Shown here: piece after piece, positions 9,585 through 18,200 of the stretch
How the letters are laid out: every line of letters begins with the position of its first letter
Position numbering within the stretch: position 1 is the stretch's first letter
From: an uncultured Candidatus Saccharibacteria bacterium
GTDB lineage: Bacteria; Patescibacteriota; Minisyncoccia; Minisyncoccales; Staskawiczbacteraceae
Direction: 5' to 3'
NCBI GenBank assembly: GCA_964475855.1
Contig: CAYZAV010000001.1
Span: forward strand, 49,060-113,059
Length of the DNA: 64,000 nt
Notes under the pieces: model-generated
What the model was told of the DNA's origin: nothing
What the model saw: only the letters and a program-made list of their open reading frames with translations
Databases searched by the model: none
Made by a program: the position numbers and the translations under genes

Positions 9585-9612
9585 ACAAAAAACCGCCCAA
9601 AGGCGGTTTTTT
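9585..9612. terminator. bidirectional rho-independent terminator
   Basis: A8-CCGCC-caaa-GGCGG-T6; hairpin flanked by A-run and T-run. Downstream of the 9632..13045 gene. Confidence 0.65.
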
Positions 9613-9631
9613 GTTTTGCTTAGTTCAAATA

Positions 9632-12600
9632 TTATTTGGACCAAGACTGAGCGCCAGGAGCACTTAACAAATAGCTGTTTGACCAGTCATTTGTTCCTGC
9701 AGTTGTAGATGCAGAGTGTGCAACGGCTGACTCATCAGACCAGATCAAGTTTGCATTTTCAGCAGAAGCATTAGCTGTAGCTGAAGAGAACAACTTGAGA
9801 ACTCCAGTCAAGGATGTTCCTACGTTGATGTAGTTGTATCCTGCTGTTTGATGAGCTGAATCCGGTACGAGTTGCAACGAAACGCTGTCAGTGTTTGAAG
9901 CTGTTGAAGCGTCTGTTACGTTGAAGCCCTGTGGTACACCGCGAACCGTGTAAGTAACAGTTGTTCCTGCAGACACTGTGTCTTCAGTAGAACCTGTCCA
10001 CGTTACAATGATCTTGGACGAACCTTCGGTTACTCCAGTCGTATCGGTCACATCGCTAGCACCGTCTTCTTCAAGCATGGTGACAGCTGAAGTGATGTTT
10101 ACACCGTTCTTCCAAAGAGTCAAAGATTCCAACTCAAGGGAATCGCCGGCTCCACCTCCATCAGACCAATTCAAGTCAAGCTTGAACTGTTTGATGTCAA
10201 CTGGTCCCTGTGAAGGGGCAGTAACACTGAATTTGTACAGATCAATAGTAGATCCGTTGATCAGTGTGCTGCTAGTCAAGGCAACTTGTGCCAAGGTAGG
10301 TACTGACCTGAACACGTAGGTTTCGTTTGCAGTCCTAGTGTTTGTATCAGTGCTCTGAGATCCGTTTGGATCTGAGTACTTAACATAGGTCAATGCAGCT
10401 ACTGCATTCAAGTTTGTAGATGAAGCAGTGGCTGATGGTGTTGACAAGTTCCAGTACAGGTCAACCCTCTTAGAAGTTGAAGCCGGTACGGTGATTCCTG
10501 TCAAGCCGGTGAAGTTGAAGTAGCTGTTAGCTGAATCATAGCTTACAGTTCCTAACACAGCTCCGGTTGTAGCATCTTTCAAGGTTGCTGAACCGATTGC
10601 CAAGTCAGCGCTGTTAGCAGTAAACCTCATTTCGGAAACCGTGTAGTCCTGGTAAGAAGAGGTCAACTTGAACCTTCCTGCCAATACTGACTGTGTTCCT
10701 GAAACCACTTGGTTCTGAGGAGTTCCGTCAAAGGCTGTTGCAAACGATCCAGAGCTGAAAGAAATAGTTTGTCCGGTTACAGCTGAAGAATCAGCAGTAA
10801 CTGCGGAGCTTGAAGTTGTTCCGTCAATATCAACGGTAGCAATTCCAGTTCCGGCGTTCATGGAAGATGAAACATCTCCATACACCACAACATCAATCGT
10901 AGTTCCGGCAGGCAACGTGTAGTTAATAGACCATGAGTTGTCTGCTGAAACGGTTGGCTTGACGGTGGTTGTCTGGGTTCCGTATTTCACATACAAGTTT
11001 GTAGTGTTTGAGCTTACCATGTTGAGCGCAACGTTAATTGCAGTCAAGTTAACAGCTTCTGCAGTAGCAGCTGTTAAGGTAAAGTGTCCCAATTTGTATG
11101 CAGTTACTGGAGCCACGGCAGTCTGGTTAGTGTAAGCAGTAAGCTTTGACAAGGTCAAAGTTCCTTGCTTAACGGTCAAACTGTTAGCAGAAACGTCTGC
11201 TGATGGCACGTCAATAGTGGTAGCGGAAGTCAAACCAGTTCCATTGTTGTTGCTTGAAGCTCCTTCAATGGTAACCTGTACGGTGCTTCCAGATACGATA
11301 CTATTAGTGCTGTCAGAAGTTCCAGTGTCATAGATGTCAGCCCTGACTTCCAATGTTACTGGACTTCCAGGCACAACGATCAAAGATGAACCCAAGTTGA
11401 AGGTAGTGTAGTCAAATGAAGAGTCTGCTGGATCATAAAGAGTTGTGGTGCTTCCGATTTGTACGCCGTTTGCATACAGGATACCATTCCTCAATCCGCT
11501 TACTCCTGAAGTGTTTACATTAGCTGAAACATACAATGTTTCAATCTTCACTTTTTCTCCAGCTGCTTTCAGTTGGAATTTGGCCAACAAAGCATTTGAA
11601 GCACCATCAACGATATCTCCTGACACAGAATCGGTCATTTTGGTAATCGTCAAAGTTCCAGAGTTAACTGTTTGTTCTCCAGAAGACCTCTTTGAGAAGG
11701 TCGTGCTTGCGGATTGTGCCAATACGTTTGCGTAATACTGTGTATCAACAAAAGTAGCATCGGCAACGTTCCACAAATGCATCGTGAAGTTCATGTTTGA
11801 ACCTCCAACGATATCAGCCAATACCTTTACAACCCTGGTTCCAGCTTCCATTCTCTTTGGAGCGCTAGAAAGGTCGAAAGTTACGTAGCTTTGGGCCAAG
11901 CTATCTGCAGTTAACTGCATTGTGGACCCAATCTGTACTCCGTCAACATAGAGTTTGAAGTTTTGCAAATCTGTGTTGGAAGCGCTTCCGGTTTTCCTGA
12001 AGCTAATGCGAGTCATATCAACAGCACGGGTAGTTACTGTAACGCTGTTTTGCCATACGGTGTATCCTTCTTGAGGATCAACGCTAGCTGCTGCAGGAGT
12101 GGTGGTAGTGTTAAAGTTAACACCGGCCAATGTTCCAGTAGCGATAGTCATCAAGTTTCCAGTGATAGGATATGTTCCTTTCACAGAGCTTGCATTGGTA
12201 GTTACATCAGCAGCGGAAACAACTTGTAATCCAACTGTTTCTCCTGATGTTCCGTCAACGTCAGCCAATACGGAGATAGTCACTGAACCCATTGCTGGGA
12301 CGGTAAACAATCCTGATGTATTGTTGAAGTTAACCATCGTGCTTGAAACTGCGGATCCGTCGGTCAACCTCCATGCTCCGTTAAACAAATATACATTTGT
12401 CAAAGAAGCGTCGGCTGATACTCCGATCCTTTTCAATTTCAATCCGGTAACCGTTACCTGGGCGTTGTCACCGTTTACAAAAGTAAGTTTTGTCAAAGGT
12501 GCCAAAGCTTGTCCGTCAACAATAGTTCCTCCTGCTGGGTTGCTAGAAGCTAACATTACTGAAAGCCCTGCTCCAGTTGGAACTGGGTTTGGGTTAGGGT

Positions 12601-13045
12601 TTGAAACTGATCCCGCTAACCATGCGTTCAATTTTGCGCGAGTCATAGGACCAACCTGATTTGCAGGTGTTAATCCTTGTTGTGCCTGGTATATTTTAAC
12701 CGCTACCAAGGTTTTTGGACCAAAAGTAGTTGTTTCGTATCCAGGTGAGCCTGCTCCCGATACTGAAACTTGTGTGCTAGCTGAAGTGTTCAAAAGTGCT
12801 TGTAAGCATTTTACATCTGAACCCGTTGAGCCAACGGTCAAGTTCCTAGTAAAGGTGATTCCTACGCATGCCGCAGGAACACTGCTAACAGTTGTTTGTC
12901 CTTGCAATTGAGCTAACTGGGCCATCAAGGCATTAATTTGCACTTGAAGTTCAGCAGTAGTCAAAGCACCAACTGATGCAGGAGCAATTAAGGCAACCGT
13001 GGTCAATGTGACTGCGGCTGTGATAATTGATTTTTTAATATTCAT
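9632..13045 (-). CDS. large (1137 aa) Ser/Thr-rich cell-surface protein with N-terminal signal peptide, coiled-coil and PG_binding_1-like domain
   Basis: MNIKKSIITAAVTLTTVALIAPASVGA signal. LTVGSTGSDVKCLQALLN...FGPKTLVAVKIYQAQQGL matches the peptidoglycan-binding domain pattern. The remainder is a low-complexity T/S/V/N beta-rich repeat region. Confidence 0.75.
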   Translation of the reverse strand: MNIKKSIITAAVTLTTVALIAPASVGALTTAELQVQINALMAQLAQLQGQTTVSSVPAACVGITFTRNLTVGSTGSDVKCLQALLNTSASTQVSVSGAGSPGYETTTFGPKTLVAVKIYQAQQGLTPANQVGPMTRAKLNAWLAGSVSNPNPNPVPTGAGLSVMLASSNPAGGTIVDGQALAPLTKLTFVNGDNAQVTVTGLKLKRIGVSADASLTNVYLFNGAWRLTDGSAVSSTMVNFNNTSGLFTVPAMGSVTISVLADVDGTSGETVGLQVVSAADVTTNASSVKGTYPITGNLMTIATGTLAGVNFNTTTTPAAASVDPQEGYTVWQNSVTVTTRAVDMTRISFRKTGSASNTDLQNFKLYVDGVQIGSTMQLTADSLAQSYVTFDLSSAPKRMEAGTRVVKVLADIVGGSNMNFTMHLWNVADATFVDTQYYANVLAQSASTTFSKRSSGEQTVNSGTLTITKMTDSVSGDIVDGASNALLAKFQLKAAGEKVKIETLYVSANVNTSGVSGLRNGILYANGVQIGSTTTLYDPADSSFDYTTFNLGSSLIVVPGSPVTLEVRADIYDTGTSDSTNSIVSGSTVQVTIEGASSNNNGTGLTSATTIDVPSADVSANSLTVKQGTLTLSKLTAYTNQTAVAPVTAYKLGHFTLTAATAEAVNLTAINVALNMVSSNTTNLYVKYGTQTTTVKPTVSADNSWSINYTLPAGTTIDVVVYGDVSSSMNAGTGIATVDIDGTTSSSAVTADSSAVTGQTISFSSGSFATAFDGTPQNQVVSGTQSVLAGRFKLTSSYQDYTVSEMRFTANSADLAIGSATLKDATTGAVLGTVSYDSANSYFNFTGLTGITVPASTSKRVDLYWNLSTPSATASSTNLNAVAALTYVKYSDPNGSQSTDTNTRTANETYVFRSVPTLAQVALTSSTLINGSTIDLYKFSVTAPSQGPVDIKQFKLDLNWSDGGGAGDSLELESLTLWKNGVNITSAVTMLEEDGASDVTDTTGVTEGSSKIIVTWTGSTEDTVSAGTTVTYTVRGVPQGFNVTDASTASNTDSVSLQLVPDSAHQTAGYNYINVGTSLTGVLKLFSSATANASAENANLIWSDESAVAHSASTTAGTNDWSNSYLLSAPGAQSWSK

Positions 13046-13149
13046 TTTTTATTTAGTGTAGTTAATTATCGTCTTTTACCATCGGTCGACCGTATTTGCG
13101 CGACTTTACGTATTAGCCACGAAAACGACTTGTCAAATGTTAAGGGAAA

Positions 13150-13199
13150 TGATTCCCTGTTTTTAAAGCCATTGCCATAGCTGCAAAAACAGGGAATCA
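13150..13199. promoter_or_regulatory. 15-bp perfect inverted repeat with 20-bp spacer in the intergenic region upstream of the surface-protein gene
   Basis: TGATTCCCTGTTTTT (13150..13164) and AAAAACAGGGAATCA (13185..13199). Between the anti-sigma gene stop (13210) and the 9632..13045 start (13045). Confidence 0.4.
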
Positions 13200-13209
13200 A
13201 GTTACGTAG

Positions 13210-13923
13210 TTAATTACTGATTGTAAATATTTTCTCCAGCGCTTGTGCGTATTTTTCTTCTGCGAACAAATTTTTCACTTCTTGGAATATTTTTTTCTGG
13301 GATTCGGTCAGGGTGGTTTTTTCAATATCAGAGATCATTTGCTCATCAATGGTTTTATATAAAATATCGGAACTTTCTTTCACATCGGCGCCGCCTTCAA
13401 TAACTGCAAACGTACCTTCTTGTTTCAATTCCAAAGCAACATCTTTAGCCAGGGCCGGATCTTTTGCAATGGCTTCTGTCAAACTTTTTGCCGCATCATT
13501 TACTTCTTGAATAGCAAATTGTTTATTTTCTTGTTTGTTATTCTTGACCACAGCCGCCAAATCTTGAGATCGTTTCTTATATGTCTGAACACTGTTTTTT
13601 ATTTCACTTTCCCCGTTTAGCGTCAACTGTGACTGTTCGGTAATTCTTTTTACCGAAAAGAGCATGTCTCCGGGCAGGGTGTATTGGGCAAAACCAAATG
13701 TCCCAACAACCGCAAACAACATTACGGCAAAGGCATAGGCCAATTTGGGCTGGGTCAATGTTGCCAATGCCCGCGAAAGCGATCGTCCAAGATTGAAAGC
13801 GGGAGTTGTCTTTATAGGTGTCGCTTGATCCAGTAATTGCATCTTAAGCGAAAAAGCCCACTGGCGGCTTGGGGTAATTTTTTTTAATGACTGGAGCTTT
13901 GAAATGAGTTCTTGTTCGGTCAT
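13210..13923 (-). CDS. putative anti-sigma factor / single-pass membrane protein downstream of the ECF sigma
   Basis: One TM helix (LAYAFAVMLFAVVGTFGFA), N-terminal cytoplasmic segment, position immediately 3' of the ECF sigma gene. Confidence 0.5.
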   Translation of the reverse strand: MTEQELISKLQSLKKITPSRQWAFSLKMQLLDQATPIKTTPAFNLGRSLSRALATLTQPKLAYAFAVMLFAVVGTFGFAQYTLPGDMLFSVKRITEQSQLTLNGESEIKNSVQTYKKRSQDLAAVVKNNKQENKQFAIQEVNDAAKSLTEAIAKDPALAKDVALELKQEGTFAVIEGGADVKESSDILYKTIDEQMISDIEKTTLTESQKKIFQEVKNLFAEEKYAQALEKIFTISN

Positions 13924-13953
13924 TACAGTGAAGACGCCATTTTACGGTTTATG

Positions 13954-14460
13954 TTACACTTCTTGCGAAAACTGGCCTTTTAAGGCTTCTAACCCCCGAT
14001 GGATCATCACTCGCACCGTTCCCGCGGGACGTCCCACAATTTGGGCGATTTCTTCCGTTTTCATATCTTCCAGGTAGTGCAAAATAAGTACATCTTGATA
14101 CTCTTTTTTTAAGCCTAATATGGCCTTTTTAACACCCTCTAATTCGGCATTAAACATCACTCTTTCATGCACATTTTCCTTGGAATCGACTATTTCAGGC
14201 ACATGGTCGGGCGACACCATAGTGGCTTTACCCTTTTCCCGATAATAGTCAGTCACATTATTACGGGCAATCTGATATAAAAATGCACCCATATTTTTGA
14301 TTTCCGGCCCCTTTTTATAGGCCTCAAACCCCTTCAAAAACACCTTAGAGGTAATATCTTCAGCCGTTTCGGTTGAATTTACTTTCAGATAGACAAAACG
14401 GTATATTTTATCAATATACTGGTCATACAGGGGTCCGAATTGTTCGTTTGGATTGCTCAT
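13954..14460 (-). CDS. ECF-type RNA polymerase sigma factor (sigma-70 family, sigma-24-like)
   Basis: Region 2 (IYRFVYLKV...AEDITSKVF) and region 4 HTH (TEEIAQIVGRPAGTVRVMIHRGLEALK). 168 aa. Confidence 0.85.
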   Translation of the reverse strand: MSNPNEQFGPLYDQYIDKIYRFVYLKVNSTETAEDITSKVFLKGFEAYKKGPEIKNMGAFLYQIARNNVTDYYREKGKATMVSPDHVPEIVDSKENVHERVMFNAELEGVKKAILGLKKEYQDVLILHYLEDMKTEEIAQIVGRPAGTVRVMIHRGLEALKGQFSQEV

Positions 14461-14507
14461 GAAATAGGGCTATATTATATACCAAATAGTGCAAAAAATC
14501 AATGGTT

Positions 14508-14563
14508 GTTAGGACATTTGGGTGCCAGGGGTTAGGACATGTTAGGACATAACAATGTCCTAC
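14508..14563. promoter_or_regulatory. three direct copies of GTTAGGACAT plus one inverted copy (TAGGACAT-aaca-ATGTCCTA) upstream of the ECF sigma gene
   Basis: Copies at 14508..14517, 14531..14540, 14541..14550; inverted copy at 14555..14563. About 50-100 nt upstream of the sigma start, next to an extended -10-like TGGTATATAAT on the minus strand. Confidence 0.45.
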
Positions 14564-15111
14564 CTAATTTGGTAAAAAACCTGGTTAAATTGGCCTACTC
14601 TGGCCACTTTCTTCTTTTTAAGCAGATCATCCAAATCCCGTCTGATGGTCCGCTTAGTAATACGCGGAAGTTGCTTAATCAAATCGGCCACCTGCGCCCT
14701 TTCTTTCTTTTTTAAAATATCAATAATTTTAGTTTGCCGTTCTGAAAAGTTTTCGACCACTGATGGGGTTGGTTTTTCTGTTTCCTGTTCCTTGGGCTTG
14801 CCTTGCCACGCCGGAGCCTTCGGCGAAGGCGGGTTTTTGATTTCGATATTAAAATTTCGGATTTCCTGGTATTGTTTGGCAATAATCAGGTAATTCATGT
14901 CGGAAATCCAACCACAGGACTTTGCCAGCTTCAAATAACTTTCCAGCACTATAATGTCTTTTTGGAGCTTTTCTGCCAGATCCTTACGCAAGACTGCTTC
15001 CAGTATCGCCAATGCCAACTCTTTTGCCTTGTTTTTCAGCGGATCGCCCTCCGGTAAAAAATCCAGCGCCCGATACACCCCGCCCGTTATTTTCACAAAA
15101 TCATGCTCCAT
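14560..15111 (-). CDS. winged-helix (DeoR-like HTH) transcriptional regulator
   Basis: C-terminal SERQTKIIDILKKKERAQVADLIKQLPRITKRTIRRDLDDLLKKKKV HTH. N-terminal helical domain. 183 aa. Confidence 0.55.
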   Translation of the reverse strand: MEHDFVKITGGVYRALDFLPEGDPLKNKAKELALAILEAVLRKDLAEKLQKDIIVLESYLKLAKSCGWISDMNYLIIAKQYQEIRNFNIEIKNPPSPKAPAWQGKPKEQETEKPTPSVVENFSERQTKIIDILKKKERAQVADLIKQLPRITKRTIRRDLDDLLKKKKVARVGQFNQVFYQIR

Positions 15112-15245
15112 AATATTGTTATATACCTTGAATTATGAAATGCCTTATCAAAAGGCAAGTTTCAGGTCTTTTCCCAAAATTTCATAACTCAAAGTATAAA
15201 AATAGAATTTCTTTATTTTATCACAAGCATATAAAATATGCGAAA

Positions 15246-15271
15246 GCAAAAAACCCCGATGTGAACCGGGG
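15246..15271 (-). terminator. rho-independent terminator of the giant gene
   Basis: Minus strand: CCCCGGTTCACATCGGGG hairpin followed by TTTTTTGC. Confidence 0.6.
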
Positions 15272-15289
15272 CTTTTTAGATGAGACTAT

Positions 15290-18200
15290 TTACGGACTAG
15301 TAACCACCGGTTGATGTACATAATGCACATCTTCGCGGATGTTTCCGGAAAATTGGTTATTCTCCATAACGGGCGTGGCGGTAATTACGGTGCCATCATC
15401 TTGTTGTGGGTCATCAATGAATATGCCATACCAATTATCGGTGAACTGTGAATTTTTAATTTCCGGAGCGCCGCCTTGCACATATATCCCTTTTGCCTCC
15501 GCAAAAAGTCCGTAAATACTGGTGATTTGGTGGTTTTCAAACACGGCGCCATCAATAATCGAAGAAGAGTCAACCAGCCACAAGCCTGTATTGGCATTAT
15601 TTTCAAAAACAGCGCTACGTAGCGAAATAGCCGAATGTTCCACTTTTATACCTGAATAAAAATCAAAATTTTGCGGGTTACCCCAGTATGCACCGGCGCC
15701 AGAAACAACCACATTTTCCAATTCTGAATCCACACTGGTACCGGTGAAGCGCAGCCCCAGCCATTTTCCCGGCCCTTCAGTATAAGCGTCAAAGTAATAA
15801 GTTTGAAAGTAAATCTGGTTATCGGGTGTGCCAATGGCTTTGAGTGTCCCATCAATACGCAAGCCCGAAAATGTACCGCTAAAATTAATCTTTGCGCCTG
15901 GCAAAATAGTAAGTGTCACATTTTCAGGAACCGTCACAACGCTTTTAATGTAATAAGGCATATCAGCGCCAAGCTCCATGTTTTTTACTATCCGGGGAAA
16001 AAACGTAATGGCATTGATGTTGTTTTCCGAAAGTTCATTACCTGAAAAAGAGGGATAACTGTGTTCTCCTAGGAACACCGGCTCACTGTTTTTTACAAAT
16101 TGATTATTGGTAACGGTTGGCAAAGCTTCAATCACACTGTCCGTCAGCGCATCATAGTAATAGGTGATATACATCCCCGAAGTACTATTTTCAATGCGGG
16201 AATTTTTAATTTCCGGCGATCCACCCTGAATGTAAATAGCCCGCGCCTGGTTTTGGTCTAAAAAATCGGTTACATTGTGGTTTAAAAACTGTACATTATC
16301 AATAATACTATCAGAAACCATCAGTATCAGCGCCCGGTTTTTATTATTTTCCAGAATGGAATTTTTCAGTGAAACAGAAGAATGGTCAACCCATAGCGCG
16401 TTGCCAAAATCGTTTAACGCCGTGCTGCCGCCATAGCGCAAACGGACATGTTCCAGTACCGAATTTACGCTAGTGTTAGAAAAATAGAGCGAAAGCCAGT
16501 TTCCCGGCGCTGGCGCGGTGGCATCGGCGTCCTGATTGGTGTCGCCCCCGAATTCGTCATCGGTAAACGAGGTAAAAACAATATTTTCAGTTTCGGTGCC
16601 TTCTGCATCAAGCGTTCCATCTACAATCAGGCGCGCCTGGTTATCATAAAATTTAACGACCGTACCTGGCTCAATCAAAACAGTAACATCTTTAGATATG
16701 TGAACATTTTCCCGGAACACAAATGGACTCAGTGAAACGGGAAGCACGGTATTTTCCACAAAACTGGTGGTGTAATAGGTATAGAGTTGGTCATTACTGT
16801 TTTGCGCGCCGGGAGTACCGGTGCCAAGCTTCCAATTTTTATCAAACACGCCAAACGAATACATACTGACGCGCTCGGCCGAATAATGAACGCCATCTTT
16901 AGTGAAAAAGGCTTCGTCCCAGTCGCTATTTACCGGGTGAAATTCATCCAAATAACGGTTATTAGGGGCGCGTAAGTATAAATAATGTTTTCCTATAACC
17001 TGATTCTCCCCGAAATTTCCAACCATAAAATATCCATGGGCGGCGATCGTGCCATTGAGCGTAATATTCATGGTATCGCGCCCGTTTTCGCCGGACACAA
17101 TGTTATAACCCGCCAAATCAATATCCTGGTCGCTTCGGTTGTATAATTCAATCCATTGCTCTTCGCTATCGCCTGTTCCCGTAAACGCCACTTCGCTGAT
17201 AAGCAACGGATTTACCGTATCAACCGAAATTTCTGGCGACCAGTCCCCCATGTTCCCATCCAGGTCTTTTGCCCGTACCCGGAAATAATATACATTATTG
17301 TTTAATAAAGAATATGGTGCCTGGAAAATGCCAGTGGTATTAGTGGTATTTGCCAACCAGTCTGTCCATACGCCTTCGTTGATGCGATACTGCACCTGGT
17401 AAAAATCAATATTCATTGCCGAGCCTTGCCACTTGAGTGTCAAATTGTGCCAGTAGGCTCCCGACATATTATCCGTAAAGTTGGTCGTATTATTGATGAT
17501 GGTTTTAGGAAACGTGCCCTTAGGTGTCGGCTCATCGGAAATTTTAAAGTCTGCGGCGTTATTATCCGTGTCTTGCCCCAGTTTTTTACGTTCAATGCTT
17601 TTACCATCGGCAATGGCCGGCGCAGAAGCTGTTTCAGGAAAACACCCTGTGCCAAAACCCACATGGTCAACAATATTAGCGTCATCGGCTCCAGCAATTT
17701 CATCATGAGAACTAACCAAATAAATCGTATTATTATCTGACAGCGACCAACCGGTAGTCATGTCGGCAATATCGGTAATAGCAGTGGTGGCCCCGGAATT
17801 TGCCACCAGGAAAAACCCATGAGCGCCGATACTATCGCCATCCTCAAAATTTTTCTTAAAATAACTGGTGGTAATGGAACAAGTTTCTGCAGCGCTGTGT
17901 TTTTGGATAGACCAACCGCTCAAATCCACGGCAACATCATTGGGATTATACATCTCAACCCAGTCGTCAGCCGTGCCGCCTGATCCGTTAATGCTGTCAA
18001 TTTGGATTTCGTTGATTATTATCTTTTTTGGGGTACTAATTTTGGTTTGGGCGAGAATTTCCGGTTGCCAATCGCTCTCGTTGTTGGCAAGATCTTTCGT
18101 TTTTACCTGGAAATAATAGGTAGTTTCATCAATTCCAGTAATGCTTTTTTGGATAGTGGCGGTTGTTGGCGCGCCATCAACGCTGACCCAAGCATCTTCC

